From assembly GCA_950097015.1 (NCBI GenBank), contig CATNEN010000039.1, forward strand, positions 1,922,001 through 1,986,000: DNA of 64,000 nt, read 5' to 3'. The notes under the pieces are model-generated. The model did not search any database and had not been told where the DNA came from. It saw nothing but the letters and a program-made list of their open reading frames with translations. How positions within the stretch are numbered: position 1 is the first letter of the stretch; each line of letters opens with the position of its first letter. The translations under genes were made by a program, and so were the position numbers. This document shows positions 48,091 through 60,152 of the stretch, piece by piece. This DNA comes from Macrostomum hystrix (Eukaryota > Animalia > Platyhelminthes).

Positions 48091-48966
48091 TGGCTTCTGC
48101 TGCGATTTTAGTTAGGGCTTCTGCTGCGATTCTGGTTAGAGGGCTTCTGCTGCGATTCTTGTTAGGGCTTCTGCTGCGATTCTGGTTAGAGGGCTTCTGC
48201 TGCGATTCTGGTTAGAGGGCTTCTGCTGCGATTCTGGTTAGAGGGCTTCTGCTGCGATTCTGGTTAGGGCTTCTGCTGCGATTCTGGTTAGAGGGCTTCT
48301 GCTGCGATTCTTGTTAGGGCTTCTGCTGCGATTCTGGTTAGAGGGCTTCTGCTGCGATTCTGGTTAGGGCTTCTGCTGCGATTCTGGTTAGAGGGCTTCT
48401 GCTGCGATTCTGGTTAGAGGGCTTCTGCTGCGATTCTTGTTAGGGCTTCTGCTGCGATTCTGGTTAGAGGGCTTCTGCTGCGATTCTGGTTAGAGGGCTT
48501 CTGCTGCGATTCTAGTTAGGGCTTCTGCTGCGATTCTGGTTAGAGAGCTTCTGCTGCGATTCTGGTTAGAGGGCTTCTGCTGCGATTCTAGTTAGGGCTT
48601 CTGCTGCGATTCTGGTTAGAGAGTTTCTGCTGCGATTCTGGTTAGAGGACTTCTGCTGCGATTCTAGTTAGGGCTTCTGCTGCGATTCTGGTTAGAGAGT
48701 TTCTGCTGCGATTCTGGTTAGAGGACTTCTGCTGCGATTCTGGTTAGAGGGCTTCTGCTGCGATTCTGGTTAGAGGGCTTCTGCTGCGATTCTGGTTAGG
48801 GCTTTGCTGCGATTCTGGTTAGAGAGCTTCTGCTGCGATTCTGGTTAGAGGACTTCTGCTGCGATTCTGGTTAGAGGGCTTCTGCTGCGATTCTGGTTAG
48901 GGCTTTGCTACGATTCTGGTTAGGGCTTCTGCTGCGATTCTGGTTAGGGCTTCTGCTGCGATTCTG
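48091..48966. repeat. 26/24-bp minisatellite (TTCTGCTGCGATTCTGGTTAG[AG]GGC)n; repeated at ~50668-51316 and ~52987-53635
   Basis: Tandem units; the 24-bp variants contain TTAGGG. Confidence 0.95.
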
Positions 48967-51900
48967 TTTAAAGCTCTTCTTCTGAGATTCTAGATAGGGA
49001 TTCTGTCGCTGTCATTGCTCATTGGTTATCTCTGACCAATCAGAGAACCTCAATCAGAGGCTATTGGTTCATCAAGTACTTTATAAGATAATGTGCATTG
49101 TCTTGCTGATATTGCAGAGTTTTTTAATAGGATTTTGTCTACAATATCCCCCAGTGCTCACGTCCAATTGAAATCCATTGCCTGCTGCTCGTTTAGCAGG
49201 TAGTCGACAAAGTCAAAGTGACCGTTGCGACAGGCGAGCAGGGCTGCCGAGTTGATCGTCTGGCGACGAGTGGCCGACAGCAGCAGCCGACCGCAGCTCA
49301 CGTGACCGAGGCTGGCCGCCAGCTCAGCAGGTGAGAGCTCATCCGTGCTCCGCGTGTCCACATCCGGCTCCCACTGAAGCAGCTGCTGAATGAGCTGGTG
49401 GTGCAGTTTGAAATTCAACAGTGCGATAGAAGCACCATGCCCTCAGCAAGGAGGCCTTGACTCTGGAACTCGGGATCTGGAGTGAGCTGTAACTAGGGAC
49501 TCGGGATCTGAAGTGAGCTGTAACTAGGGACTCGGGATCTGAAGTGAGCTGTAACTAGGGACTCGGGATCTGAAGTGAGCTGTAACTAGGGACTCGGGAT
49601 CTGAAGTGAGCTGTAACTAGGGACTCGGGATCTGTAGTGAAATTTAACTAGGGACTCGGGATCTGAAGTGAGCTGTAACTAGGGACTCGGGATCTGTAGT
49701 GAACTTTAACTAGGGACTCGGGATCTAAAGTGAGCTGTGACTAGGGACTCGGGATCTGTAGTGAACTGTAACTAGGGACTCGGGATCGGAAGTGAGCTGT
49801 AACTAGGGACTCGGGATCTGTAGTAAAATTTAACTAGGGACTCGGGATCTGAAGTGAGCTGTAACTAGGGACTCGGGATCTGTAGTAAAATTTAACTAGG
49901 GACTCGGGATCTGAAGTGAGCTGTAACTAGGGACTCGGGATCTGTAGTGAGCTGTAACTAGGGACTCGGGATCTGAAGTGAGCTGTAACTAGGGACTCGG
50001 GATCTGTAGTGAACTGTAACTAGGGACTCGGGATCTGAAGTGAGCTGTAACTAGGGACTCGGGATCTGTAGTGAAATTTAACTAGGGACTCGGGATCTGA
50101 AGTGAGCTGTAACTAGGGACTCGGGATCTGAAGTGAACTTTAACTAGGGACTCGGGATCTAAAGTGAGCTGTAACTAGGGACTCGGGATCTGAAGTGAGC
50201 TGTGACTAGGGACTCGGGATCTGTAGTGAACTGTAACTAGGGACTCGGGATCTGGAGTGAGCTGTAACTAGGGACTCGGGATCTGTAGTGAACTTTAACT
50301 AGGGACTCGGGATCTGAAGTGAGCTGTAACTAGGGACTCGGGATCTGTAGTGAACTTTAACTAGGGACTCGGGATCTGAAGTGAGCTGTGACTAGGGACT
50401 CGGGATCTGAAGTGAACTGTAACTAGGGACTCGGGATCTGAAGTGAGCTGTAACTAGGGACTCGGGATCTGAAGTGAGCTGTAACTAGGGACTCGGGATC
50501 TGTAGTGAACTTTAACTAGTGACTCGAGAGCACGCCTACCTCATCATTGCCTCATCATCTCATCATCATCATCAAAAGAGTGAATTGTGCAGAGTTGCAA
50601 TTTCAAATGACCGAAAACTCAGCTTCCTAAAATTTCACATTCCCAAAATTCTGCTGCTGCAGAATTCTGGCTTCTGCTGCGATTTTAGTTAGGGCTTCTG
50701 CTGCGATTCTTGTTAGGGCTTCTGCTGCGATTCTGGTTAGAGGGCTTCTGCTGCGATTCTGGTTAGGGCTTCTGCTGCGATTCTGGTTAGAGGGCTTCTG
50801 CTGCGATTCTTGTTAGGGCTTCTGCTGCGATTCTGGTTAGAGGGCTTCTGCTGCGATTCTGGTTAGAGAGCTTCTGCTGCGATTCTGGTTAGAGGGCTTC
50901 TGCTGCGATTCTGGTTAGAGGGCTTCTGCTGCGATTCTTGTTAGGGCTTCTGCTGCGATTCTGGTTAGAGGGCTTCTGCTGCGATTCTGGTTAGAGAGCT
51001 TCTGCTGCGATTCTGGTTAGAGGGCTTCTGCTGCGATTCTAGTTAGGGCTTCTGCTGCGATTCTGGTTAGAGAGTTTCTGCTGCGATTCTGGTTAGAGGA
51101 CTTCTGCTGCGATTCTAGTTAGGGCTTCTGCTGCGATTCTGGTTAGAGAGTTTCTGCTGCGATTCTGGTTAGAGGACTTCTGCTGCGATTCTGGTTAGAG
51201 GGCTTCTGCTGCGATTCTGGTTAGAGGGCTTCTGCTGCGATTCTGGTTAGGGCTTTGCTACGATTCTGGTTAGGGCTTCTGCTGCGATTCTAGTTAGGGC
51301 TTCTGCTGCGATTCTGTTTAAAGCTCTTCTTCTGAGATTCTAGATAGGGATTCTGTCGCTGTCATTGCTCATTGGTTATCTCTGACCAATCAGAGAACCT
51401 CAATCAGAGGCTATTGGTTCATCAAGTACTTTATAAGATAATGTGCATTGTCTTGCTGATATTGCAGAGTTTTTTAATAGGATTTTGTCTACAATATCCC
51501 CCAGTGCTCACGTCCAATTGAAATCCATTGCCTGCTGCTCGTTTAGCAGGTAGTCGACAAAGTCAAAGTGACCGTTGCGACAGGCGAGCAGGGCTGCCGA
51601 GTTGATCGTCTGGCGACGAGTGGCCGACAGCAGCAGCCGACCGCAGCTCACGTGACCGAGGCTGGCCGCCAGCTCAGCAGGTGAGAGCTCATCCGTGCTC
51701 CGCGTGTCCACATCCGGCTCCCACTGAAGCAGCTGCTGAATGAGCTGGTGGTGCAGTTTGAAATTCAACAGTGCGATAGAAGCACCATGCCCTCAGCAAG
51801 GAGGCCTTGACTCTGGAACTCGGGATCTGGAGTGAGCTGTAACTAGGGACTCGGGATCTGAAGTGAGCTGTAACTAGGGACTCGGGATCTGAAGTGAGCT

Positions 51901-54134
51901 GTAACTAGGGACTCGGGATCTGAAGTGAGCTGTAACTAGGGACTCGGGATCTGAAGTGAGCTGTAACTAGGGACTCGGGATCTGTAGTGAAATTTAACTA
52001 GGGACTCGGGATCTGAAGTGAGCTGTAACTAGGGACTCGGGATCTGTAGTGAACTTTAACTAGGGACTCGGGATCTAAAGTGAGCTGTGACTAGGGACTC
52101 GGGATCTGTAGTGAACTGTAACTAGGGACTCGGGATCGGAAGTGAGCTGTAACTAGGGACTCGGGATCTGTAGTAAAATTTAACTAGGGACTCGGGATCT
52201 GTAGTGAACTGTAACTAGGGACTCGGGATCTGAAGTGAGCTGTAACTAGGGACTCGGGATCTGTAGTGAGCTGTAACTAGGGACTCGGGATCTGAAGTGA
52301 GCTGTAACTAGGGACTCGGGATCTGTAGTGAACTGTAACTAGGGACTCGGGATCTGAAGTGAGCTGTAACTAGGGACTCGGGATCTGTAGTGAAATTTAA
52401 CTAGGGACTCGGGATCTGAAGTGAGCTGTAACTAGGGACTCGGGATCTGAAGTGAACTTTAACTAGGGACTCGGGATCTAAAGTGAGCTGTAACTAGGGA
52501 CTCGGGATCTGAAGTGAGCTGTGACTAGGGACTCGGGATCTGTAGTGAACTGTAACTAGGGACTCGGGATCTGGAGTGAGCTGTAACTAGGGACTCGGGA
52601 TCTGTAGTGAACTTTAACTAGGGACTCGGGATCTGAAGTGAGCTGTAACTAGGGACTCGGGATCTGTAGTGAACTTTAACTAGGGACTCGGGATCTGAAG
52701 TGAGCTGTGACTAGGGACTCGGGATCTGAAGTGAACTGTAACTAGGGACTCGGGATCTGAAGTGAGCTGTAACTAGGGACTCGGGATCTGAAGTGAGCTG
52801 TAACTAGGGACTCGGGATCTGTAGTGAACTTTAACTAGTGACTCGAGAGCACGCCTACCTCATCATTGCCTCATCATCTCATCATCATCATCAAAAGAGT
52901 GAATTGTGCAGAGTTGCAATTTCAAATGACCGAAAACTCAGCTTCCTAAAATTTCACATTCCCAAAATTCTGCTGCTGCAGAATTCTGGCTTCTGCTGCG
53001 ATTTTAGTTAGGGCTTCTGCTGCGATTCTTGTTAGGGCTTCTGCTGCGATTCTGGTTAGAGGGCTTCTGCTGCGATTCTGGTTAGGGCTTCTGCTGCGAT
53101 TCTGGTTAGAGGGCTTCTGCTGCGATTCTTGTTAGGGCTTCTGCTGCGATTCTGGTTAGAGGGCTTCTGCTGCGATTCTGGTTAGAGAGCTTCTGCTGCG
53201 ATTCTGGTTAGAGGGCTTCTGCTGCGATTCTGGTTAGAGGGCTTCTGCTGCGATTCTTGTTAGGGCTTCTGCTGCGATTCTGGTTAGAGGGCTTCTGCTG
53301 CGATTCTGGTTAGAGAGCTTCTGCTGCGATTCTGGTTAGAGGGCTTCTGCTGCGATTCTAGTTAGGGCTTCTGCTGCGATTCTGGTTAGAGAGTTTCTGC
53401 TGCGATTCTGGTTAGAGGACTTCTGCTGCGATTCTAGTTAGGGCTTCTGCTGCGATTCTGGTTAGAGAGTTTCTGCTGCGATTCTGGTTAGAGGACTTCT
53501 GCTGCGATTCTGGTTAGAGGGCTTCTGCTGCGATTCTGGTTAGAGGGCTTCTGCTGCGATTCTGGTTAGGGCTTTGCTACGATTCTGGTTAGGGCTTCTG
53601 CTGCGATTCTAGTTAGGGCTTCTGCTGCGATTCTGTTTAAAGCTCTTCTTCTGAGATTCTAGATAGGGATTCTGTCGCTGTCATTGCTCATTGGTTATCT
53701 CTGACCAATCAGAGAACCTCAATCAGAGGCTATTGGTTCATCAAGTACTTTATAAGATAATGTGCATTGTCTTGCTGATATTGCAGAGTTTTTTAATAGG
53801 ATTTTGTCTACAATATCCCCCAGTGCTCACGTCCAATTGAAATCCATTGCCTGCTGCTCGTTTAGCAGGTAGTCGACAAAGTCAAAGTGACCGTTGCGAC
53901 AGGCGAGCAGGGCTGCCGAGTTGATCGTCTGGCGACGAGTGGCCGACAGCAGCAGCCGACCGCAGCTCACGTGACCGAGGCTGGCCGCCAGCTCAGCAGG
54001 TGAGAGCTCATCCGTGCTCCGCGTGTCCACATCCGGCTCCCACTGAAGCAGCTGCTGAATGAGCTGGTGGTGCAGTTTGAAATTCAACAGTGCGATAGAA
54101 GCACCATGCCCTCAGCAAGGAGGCCTTGACTCTG

Positions 54135-57100
54135 GAACTCGGGATCTGGAGTGAGCTGTAACTAGGGACTCGGGATCTGAAGTGAGCTGTAACTAGGGAC
54201 TCGGGATCTGTAGTGAACTTTAACTAGGGACTCGGGATCTGGAGTGAGCTGTAACTAGGGACTCGGGATCTGGAGTGAGCTGTAACTAGGGACTCGGGGT
54301 CGGAAGTGAGCTGTAACTAGGGACTCGGGATCGGAAGTGAGCTGTAACTAGGGACTCGGGATCTGTAGTGAACTTTAACTAGGGACTCGGGATCTGAAGT
54401 GAGCTGTAACTAGGGACTCGGGATCTGAAGTGAACAGTAACTAGGGACTCGGGATCTGAAGTGAGCTGTAACTAGGGACTCGGGATCTGAAGTGAGCTGT
54501 AACTAGGGACTCGGGATCTGTAGTGAACTGTAACTAGGGACTCGGGATCTAAAGTGAGCTGTAACTAGGGACTCAGGATCTGTAGTGAAATTTAACTAGG
54601 GACTCAGGATCTGTAGTGAAATTTAACTAGGGACTCGGGATCTGTAGTGAACTTTAACTAGGGACTCGGGATCTGGAGTGAGCTGTAACTAGGGACTCGG
54701 GATCTGGAGTGAGCTGTAACTAGGGACTCGGGATCTGAAGTGAGCTGTAACTAGGGACTCGGGATCTGTAGTGAACTGTAACTAGGGACTCGGGATCTGA
54801 AGTGAGCTGTAACTAGGGACTCGGGATCTGTAGTGAAATTTAACTAGGGACTCGGGATCTGAAGTGAGCTGTAACTAGGGACTCGGGATCTGTAGTGAAC
54901 TTTAACTAGGGACTCGGGATCTAAAGTGAGCTGTGACTAGGGACTCGGGATCTGTAGTGAACTGTAACTAGGGACTCGGGATCGGAAGTGAGCTGTAACT
55001 AGGGACTCGGGATCTGTAGTAAAATTTAACTAGGGACTCGGGATCTGTAGTGAGCTGTAACTAGGGACTCGGGATCTGTAGTGAACTGTAACTAGGGACT
55101 CGGGATCTGAAGTGAGCTGTAACTAGGGACTCGGGATCTGTAGTGAACTTTAACTAGGGACTCGGGATCTGGAGTGCGCTGTAACTAGGGACTCGGGATC
55201 TGGAGTGAGCTGTAACTAGGGACTCGGGGTCGGAAGTGAGCTGTAACTAGGGACTCGGGATCGGAAGTGAGCTGTAACTAGGGACTCGGGATCTGAAGTG
55301 AGCTGTAACTAGGGACTCGGGATCTGAAGTGAGCTGTAACTAGGGACTCGGGATCTGTAGTGAACTTTAACTAGGGACTCGGGATCTGAAGTGAGCTGTA
55401 ACTAGGGACTCGGGATCTGTAGTGAACTTTAACTAGGGACTCGGGATCTGAAGTCAGCTGTAACTAGGGACTCGGGATCTGTAGTGAACTTTAACTAGGG
55501 ACTCGGGATCTGAAGTGAGCTGTGACTAGGGACTCGGGATCTGTAGTGAACTGTAACTAGGGACTCGGGATCTGGAGTGAGCTGTAACTAGGGACTCGGG
55601 ATCTGTAGTGAACTTTAACTAGGGACTCGGGATCTGAAGTGAGCTGTAACTAGGGACTCGGGATCTGTAGTGAACTGTAACTAGGGACTCGGGATCTGAA
55701 GTGAGCTGTAACTAGGGACTCGGGATCTGTAGTGAACTGTAACTAGGGACTCGGGATCTGAAGTGAGCTGTAACTAGGGACTCGGGATCTGTAGTGAAAT
55801 TTAACTAGGGACTCGGGATCTGAAGTGAGCTGTAACTAGGGACTCGGGATCTGTAGTGAACTTTAACTAGGGACTCGGGATCTAAAGTGAGCTGTGACTA
55901 GGGACTCGGGATCTGTAGTGAACTGTAACTAGGGACTCGGGATCGGAAGTGAGCTGTAACTAGGGACTCGGGATCTGTAGTAAAATTTAACTAGGGACTC
56001 GGGATCTGAAGTGAGCTGTAACTAGGGACTCGGGATCTGTAGTGAACTTTAACTAGGGACTCGGGATCTGGAGTGCGCTGTAACTAGGGACTCGGGATCG
56101 GAAGTGAGCTGTAACTAGGGACTCGGGATCTGTAGTAAAATTTAACTAGGGACTCGGGATCTGAAGTGAGCTGTAACTAGGGACTCGGGATCTGTAGTGA
56201 ACTTTAACTAGGGACTCGGGATCTGGAGTGCGCTGTAACTAGGGACTCGGGATCTGGAGTGAGCTGTAACTAGGGACTCGGGGTCGGAAGTGAGCTGTAA
56301 CTAGGGACTCGGGATCGGAAGTGAGCTGTAACTAGGGACTCGGGATCTGGAGTGAGCTGTAACTAGGGACTCGGGATCTGAAGTGAGCTGTAACTAGGGA
56401 CTCGGGATCTGTAGTGAACTTTAACTAGGGACTCGGGATCTGAAGTCAGCTGTAACTAGGGACTCGGGATCTGTAGTGAACTTTAACTAGGGACTCGGGA
56501 TCTGAAGTGAGCTGTGACTAGGGACTCGGGATCTGTAGTGAACTGTAACTAGGGACTCGGGATCTGGAGTGAGCTGTAACTAGGGACTCGGGATCTGTAG
56601 TGAACTTTAACTAGGGACTCGGGATCTGAAGTGAGCTGTAACTAGGGACTCGTGATCTGTAGTGAACTGTAACTAGGGACTCGGGATCTGAAGTGAGCTG
56701 TAACTAGGGACTCGGGATCTGAAGTGAACTGTAACTAGGGACTCGGGATCTGGAGTGAGCTGTAACTAGGGACTCGGGATCTGGAGTGAGCTGTAACTAG
56801 GGACTCGGGGTCGGAAGTGAGCTGTAACTAGGGACTCGGGATCGGAAGTGAGCTGTAACTAGGGACTCGGGATCTGGAGTGAGCTGTAACTAGGGACTCG
56901 GGATCTGAAGTGAGCTGTAACTAGGGACTCGGGATCTGTAGTGAACTTTAACTAGGGACTCGGGATCTGAAGTGAGCTGTAACTAGGGACTCGGGATCTG
57001 TAGTGAACTTTAACTAGGGACTCGGGATCTGAAGTGAGCTGTAACTAGGGACTCGGGATCTGAAGTGAACTGTAACTAGGGACTCGGGATCTGAAGTGAG

Positions 57101-57172
57101 CTGTAACTAGGGACTCGGGATCTGAAGTGAGCTGTAACTAGGGACTCGGGATCTGTAGTGAACTTTAACTAG
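54135..57172. repeat. 31-bp minisatellite (GGGACTCGGGATCTGAAGTGAGCTGTAACTA)n; shorter copies at ~49465-50520 and ~51815-52840
   Basis: About 98 units here and about 33-34 in each of the other two copies. Confidence 0.95.
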
Positions 57173-57719
57173 TGACTCGAGAGCACGCCTACCTCATCAT
57201 TGCCTCATCATCTCATCATCATCATCAAAAGAGTGAATTGTGCAGAGTTGCAATTTCAAATGACCGAAAACTCAGCTTCCTAAAATTTCACATTCCCAAA
57301 ATTTCAAAATTTTGCGTGCTGTCTCCAGAGTCAATTTTCAAAGCTCAATTTATTTGATGAATGAGAAGAACAGGTGTTCTCACAGGTCCAATGGGCTGAT
57401 GCCCTGCTTGTCTGTCAGGTTCACATTGGCACCTGCGGCGGCCAGCATTCGCGCGACGGACAAGTTGCTCGATAGGCAGGCTAGAAAGATGGGCGTGCGC
57501 CCGATGGTCTGCAGCAGCAGCAGGAGGGATTCGCGTTATGGATTTTCGTTTGCAGTACTCTACTTAAAGTAGTCTCTCGTTTTTGCGCAACTTTAAAAAA
57601 AGTAAATTCGACATCAGGAATTTAATTCATTATGCATCATTTACAATAATTATTAAAAGCTGGGTGAATCAAAGCAATGCAAGAGTTACGTATCTTGCTA
57701 AAGAAATCATATTGTTCCA

Positions 57720-57790
57720 GAGAAGCCGAGAATAGAACCCCCGATCTTCAAGCAGTGAGTCTGACGCTTGAACCACTAGGTGACAAGGCT
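57720..57790 (-). other. Degenerate tRNA-like/SINE-head sequence
   Basis: The minus strand reads GTCACCTAGTGGTTCAAGCG...GGGGTTCTATTCTCGG (A/B-box-like), with poor stem pairing. Confidence 0.35.
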
Positions 57791-57888
57791 ACAACCCCAA
57801 GGCTTGAAAGAAACTCAACGGGATTTAAATTTAGAAAGAGAAATGAGGTAAACCTGGAGGACATGGTTGCTAATTGTACTAATATTTC

Positions 57889-58215
57889 CAGTAGGTCTGC
57901 GGGCAATGGCACATCATTTGGTGACACTAGACCCGCAACCAGCGAGGAGGCAATTCTGCCCATTTCGCTGACTCCTGAGCACACACGCACACAGATACTG
58001 TTCGCAGGCATGCACGCACACAGGTGTGTACATCTGCCCTGACTTTCTCATCGCCAGGTAGTTTACACTTCACTGTGCCTTGGAGGTTGGCCCTCAAGGG
58101 CGTAAATTGCACGACAAGCCCCCAGGCCTTCTCTCCGCGGCTGCGCCCCAAATAAGTGTGGCCTCGGCGCGGAATCGAGCTCAGGGACCTTGGTGCGAAA
58201 GGCGAACAGGCCAAG
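57889..58215 (-). mobile_element. SINE copy (minus strand)
   Basis: Reverse complement of the 42534-42853 family (GCCTTCTCTCCGCGGCTGCGCCCC). Confidence 0.82.
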
Positions 58216-58595
58216 TTAAACAAATTTCATCTCGCTAAATTTCAGAAGATCAAGCGTGTGAGTTTTCGTTGCAAGAGGCGCGGCTCCATAAAAGATGACG
58301 CATCTGGTGTTTATTTTCCTGTACGAGTTGCTGTACGTGCTGAGCACAAAAACATGAAAAGAGCAGCAGAAAACGTTATCCTAAATTGTATTGAAACTGA
58401 GTAAGTAAACCAACGAGTATTATGAGAGAGTTGCGCACAGAATTGATGCATGAGCCAACAGATAAGCTCCCTGCGGGAAGGAAAAACGAATACAGAGCTA
58501 AACTGAACTCTATACTTGAACGAGCTAATAATCAAGGCTTGCAATTGGTCTAGAAATTCTCGAGTCTGTCTGAGCGAGTCTGTCTCCACGTCAGT

Positions 58596-60152
58596 TCACA
58601 GCTTGACCTGCGCCATCAGGTGCTTGAACTTCTCCTGAACCCAAACCACGTCATTGTCCCCCGTGATGGATTTGGCGTCCAGCGCTTCAAGGGACCCCGA
58701 CCTCCAGACTGTGAAGTTGCGGCTGGAGAAGAAGTCCAAGATGGTGGCCCGGTCAGTGCCCTCCATGTGCCTGGTTGAGAACTCCATCTGAACGGCCACC
58801 ACGTTGAACTGGCTGAACAGGCAGCCCGACGTCCTGAGGAAGTCGGCCTCGCCGCCCTCGATGTCCAGCTTGATGACGATGTTGGCGGTGCTGATGAGGC
58901 TGCAGAGCCGCTCGCTGCGGGTTGGCATGACGGCAATCGTGTCCGTGAAGGATCTGCCGAATTTGGTGGCTCCGCCAACGTTGCAGTCGCCGGGGAAGTT
59001 CAGGTAGCTCAGCTGGCTGCCGGAGCTGATGAAGTTCCACACGAGAGCAGCGTCCAGCACGGCCGCGTTCAGGCTCAGGCGCAGGCGCAGAAGGTTGCGG
59101 ATGTTGGCATCCAGTGCCACAACCGGTAGGCCAAGTCTCGCGGCCTGCAGGCTGAAGACGCCGATGTTGCTGCCCGCATCCAGGAAAGTGGCATTTGAAA
59201 GCTTGGCAAACCGCAGCGCCGTCTTCACCACCTCGGCTTCCCACTTCTTGTGCTTCTTGATCTGCTCAGAGATGAAGTCCGACTCGGAGTAGACAAAAAT
59301 CTTCACCGTTGAGCCTGTCGTGTCCAGAAGGTCGGTCATGACGCTGCCCGAGCGCACAACGCCAAGAATTCTTTCATCGAACGGATTCGGCAGCCGGCAC
59401 ATCGGGAATCCGTCGGCCTGCCTCTCGTAGGCCTTGACGCCGACGCACAGCGCCTGCTTCAACGCCGGCTGTTGAAAGTCAACATTGCGCAACTCCGCGA
59501 TGCTCTTGCACATTTGGCTGCCCGCTGACGAAGGCGCCAGTGTTCGAAGCTCGTTGCCAGCGGCGGCGGCGGCGCCGGCAGGGGCGGCGGACACGGTAAG
59601 AACGACCGAAGAAGTTGCGACTGTGCCCACTGTGGCGGCTGCGACGGTTGTGGTGGATGGCGCTGCAGAGGGTGCGGCGGCGACTGCGCCGGCGGGGGCT
59701 GCGGCAGCGGAGGCTGTAGCGGCCGGGGCTGCGGCAGCGGGGGCTGCGGCAGCGGGGGCTGCGGCAGCGGGGGCTGCGGCAGCGGGGGCTGCGGCAGCGG
59801 GGGCTGCGGCAGCGGGGGCTGCGGCAGCGGGGGCTGCGGCAGCGGGGGCTGCGGCAGCGGGGGCTACGGCAGCGGGGGCTGCGGCAGCGGGGGCTGCGGC
59901 AGCGGGGGCTGCGGCAGCGGGGGCTGCGGCAGCGGGGGCTGCGGCAGCGGGGGCTGCGGCGGCGAGGGCAGCTGCTCCAGCCGTATGAACAATCACAGTC
60001 CTGACGCCCTGATGAGTTGCCGATGCCTCGCTGGCAGATGGTGAGCTGTTCTCGGCGAGGCCTTCTTTGTGCACTTTAAGCGCGTGAAGCAATAGCCCTG
60101 CCGCAATGCAGAGCAGCACTAGCAGCAATAGCCTCTGCTTCTGGCCCCTCAT
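58596..60152 (-). CDS. Intronless FkbM-family (Methyltransf_21-like) SAM-dependent methyltransferase with an N-terminal membrane anchor and Ala/Pro stalk
   Basis: ATG at 60152 (MRGQKQRLLLLVLLCIAAGLLL). (AAAPA)n linker; WEAEVV; motif I FLDAGSNIGVFSL; VVALDAN; IKLDIEGGEADFL; VQMEF. Uninterrupted 518 aa. Confidence 0.88.
   Translation of the reverse strand: MRGQKQRLLLLVLLCIAAGLLLHALKVHKEGLAENSSPSASEASATHQGVRTVIVHTAGAAALAAAAPAAAAPAAAAPAAAAPAAAAPAAAAPAAVAPAAAAPAAAAPAAAAPAAAAPAAAAPAAAAPAAAAPAAAAPAAAAPAATASAAAAPAGAVAAAPSAAPSTTTVAAATVGTVATSSVVLTVSAAPAGAAAAAGNELRTLAPSSAGSQMCKSIAELRNVDFQQPALKQALCVGVKAYERQADGFPMCRLPNPFDERILGVVRSGSVMTDLLDTTGSTVKIFVYSESDFISEQIKKHKKWEAEVVKTALRFAKLSNATFLDAGSNIGVFSLQAARLGLPVVALDANIRNLLRLRLSLNAAVLDAALVWNFISSGSQLSYLNFPGDCNVGGATKFGRSFTDTIAVMPTRSERLCSLISTANIVIKLDIEGGEADFLRTSGCLFSQFNVVAVQMEFSTRHMEGTDRATILDFFSSRNFTVWRSGSLEALDAKSITGDNDVVWVQEKFKHLMAQVKL
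59693..59962. repeat. 15-bp coding repeat (GCGGCAGCGGGGGCT)n encoding AAAPA
   Basis: About 16-17 in-frame units within the FkbM-like ORF. Confidence 0.92.

Larger units (their letters stand above)
48091..57302. repeat. Tandem triplication (26/24-bp minisatellite + ankyrin exon + 31-bp minisatellite + unique tail)
   Basis: Identical 86-aa ORFs at 49158, 51508 and 53827 (offsets 2350 and 2319 bp); identical junctions at about 50650 and 52969. Confidence 0.95.

Noticed and set aside
48091-48966. Interstitial telomere
   Set aside because: TTAGGG occurs at most once per 24-bp unit and never as tandem hexamers.
49465-57172. CRISPR-like look of the 30-31-bp repeats with variable positions
   Set aside because: Units are contiguous with no unique spacers, there are no cas genes, and the context is a eukaryotic intron.
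57720-57790. Functional tRNA gene
   Set aside because: The B box is degenerate and the acceptor stem does not pair; at best a SINE head or pseudo-tRNA.
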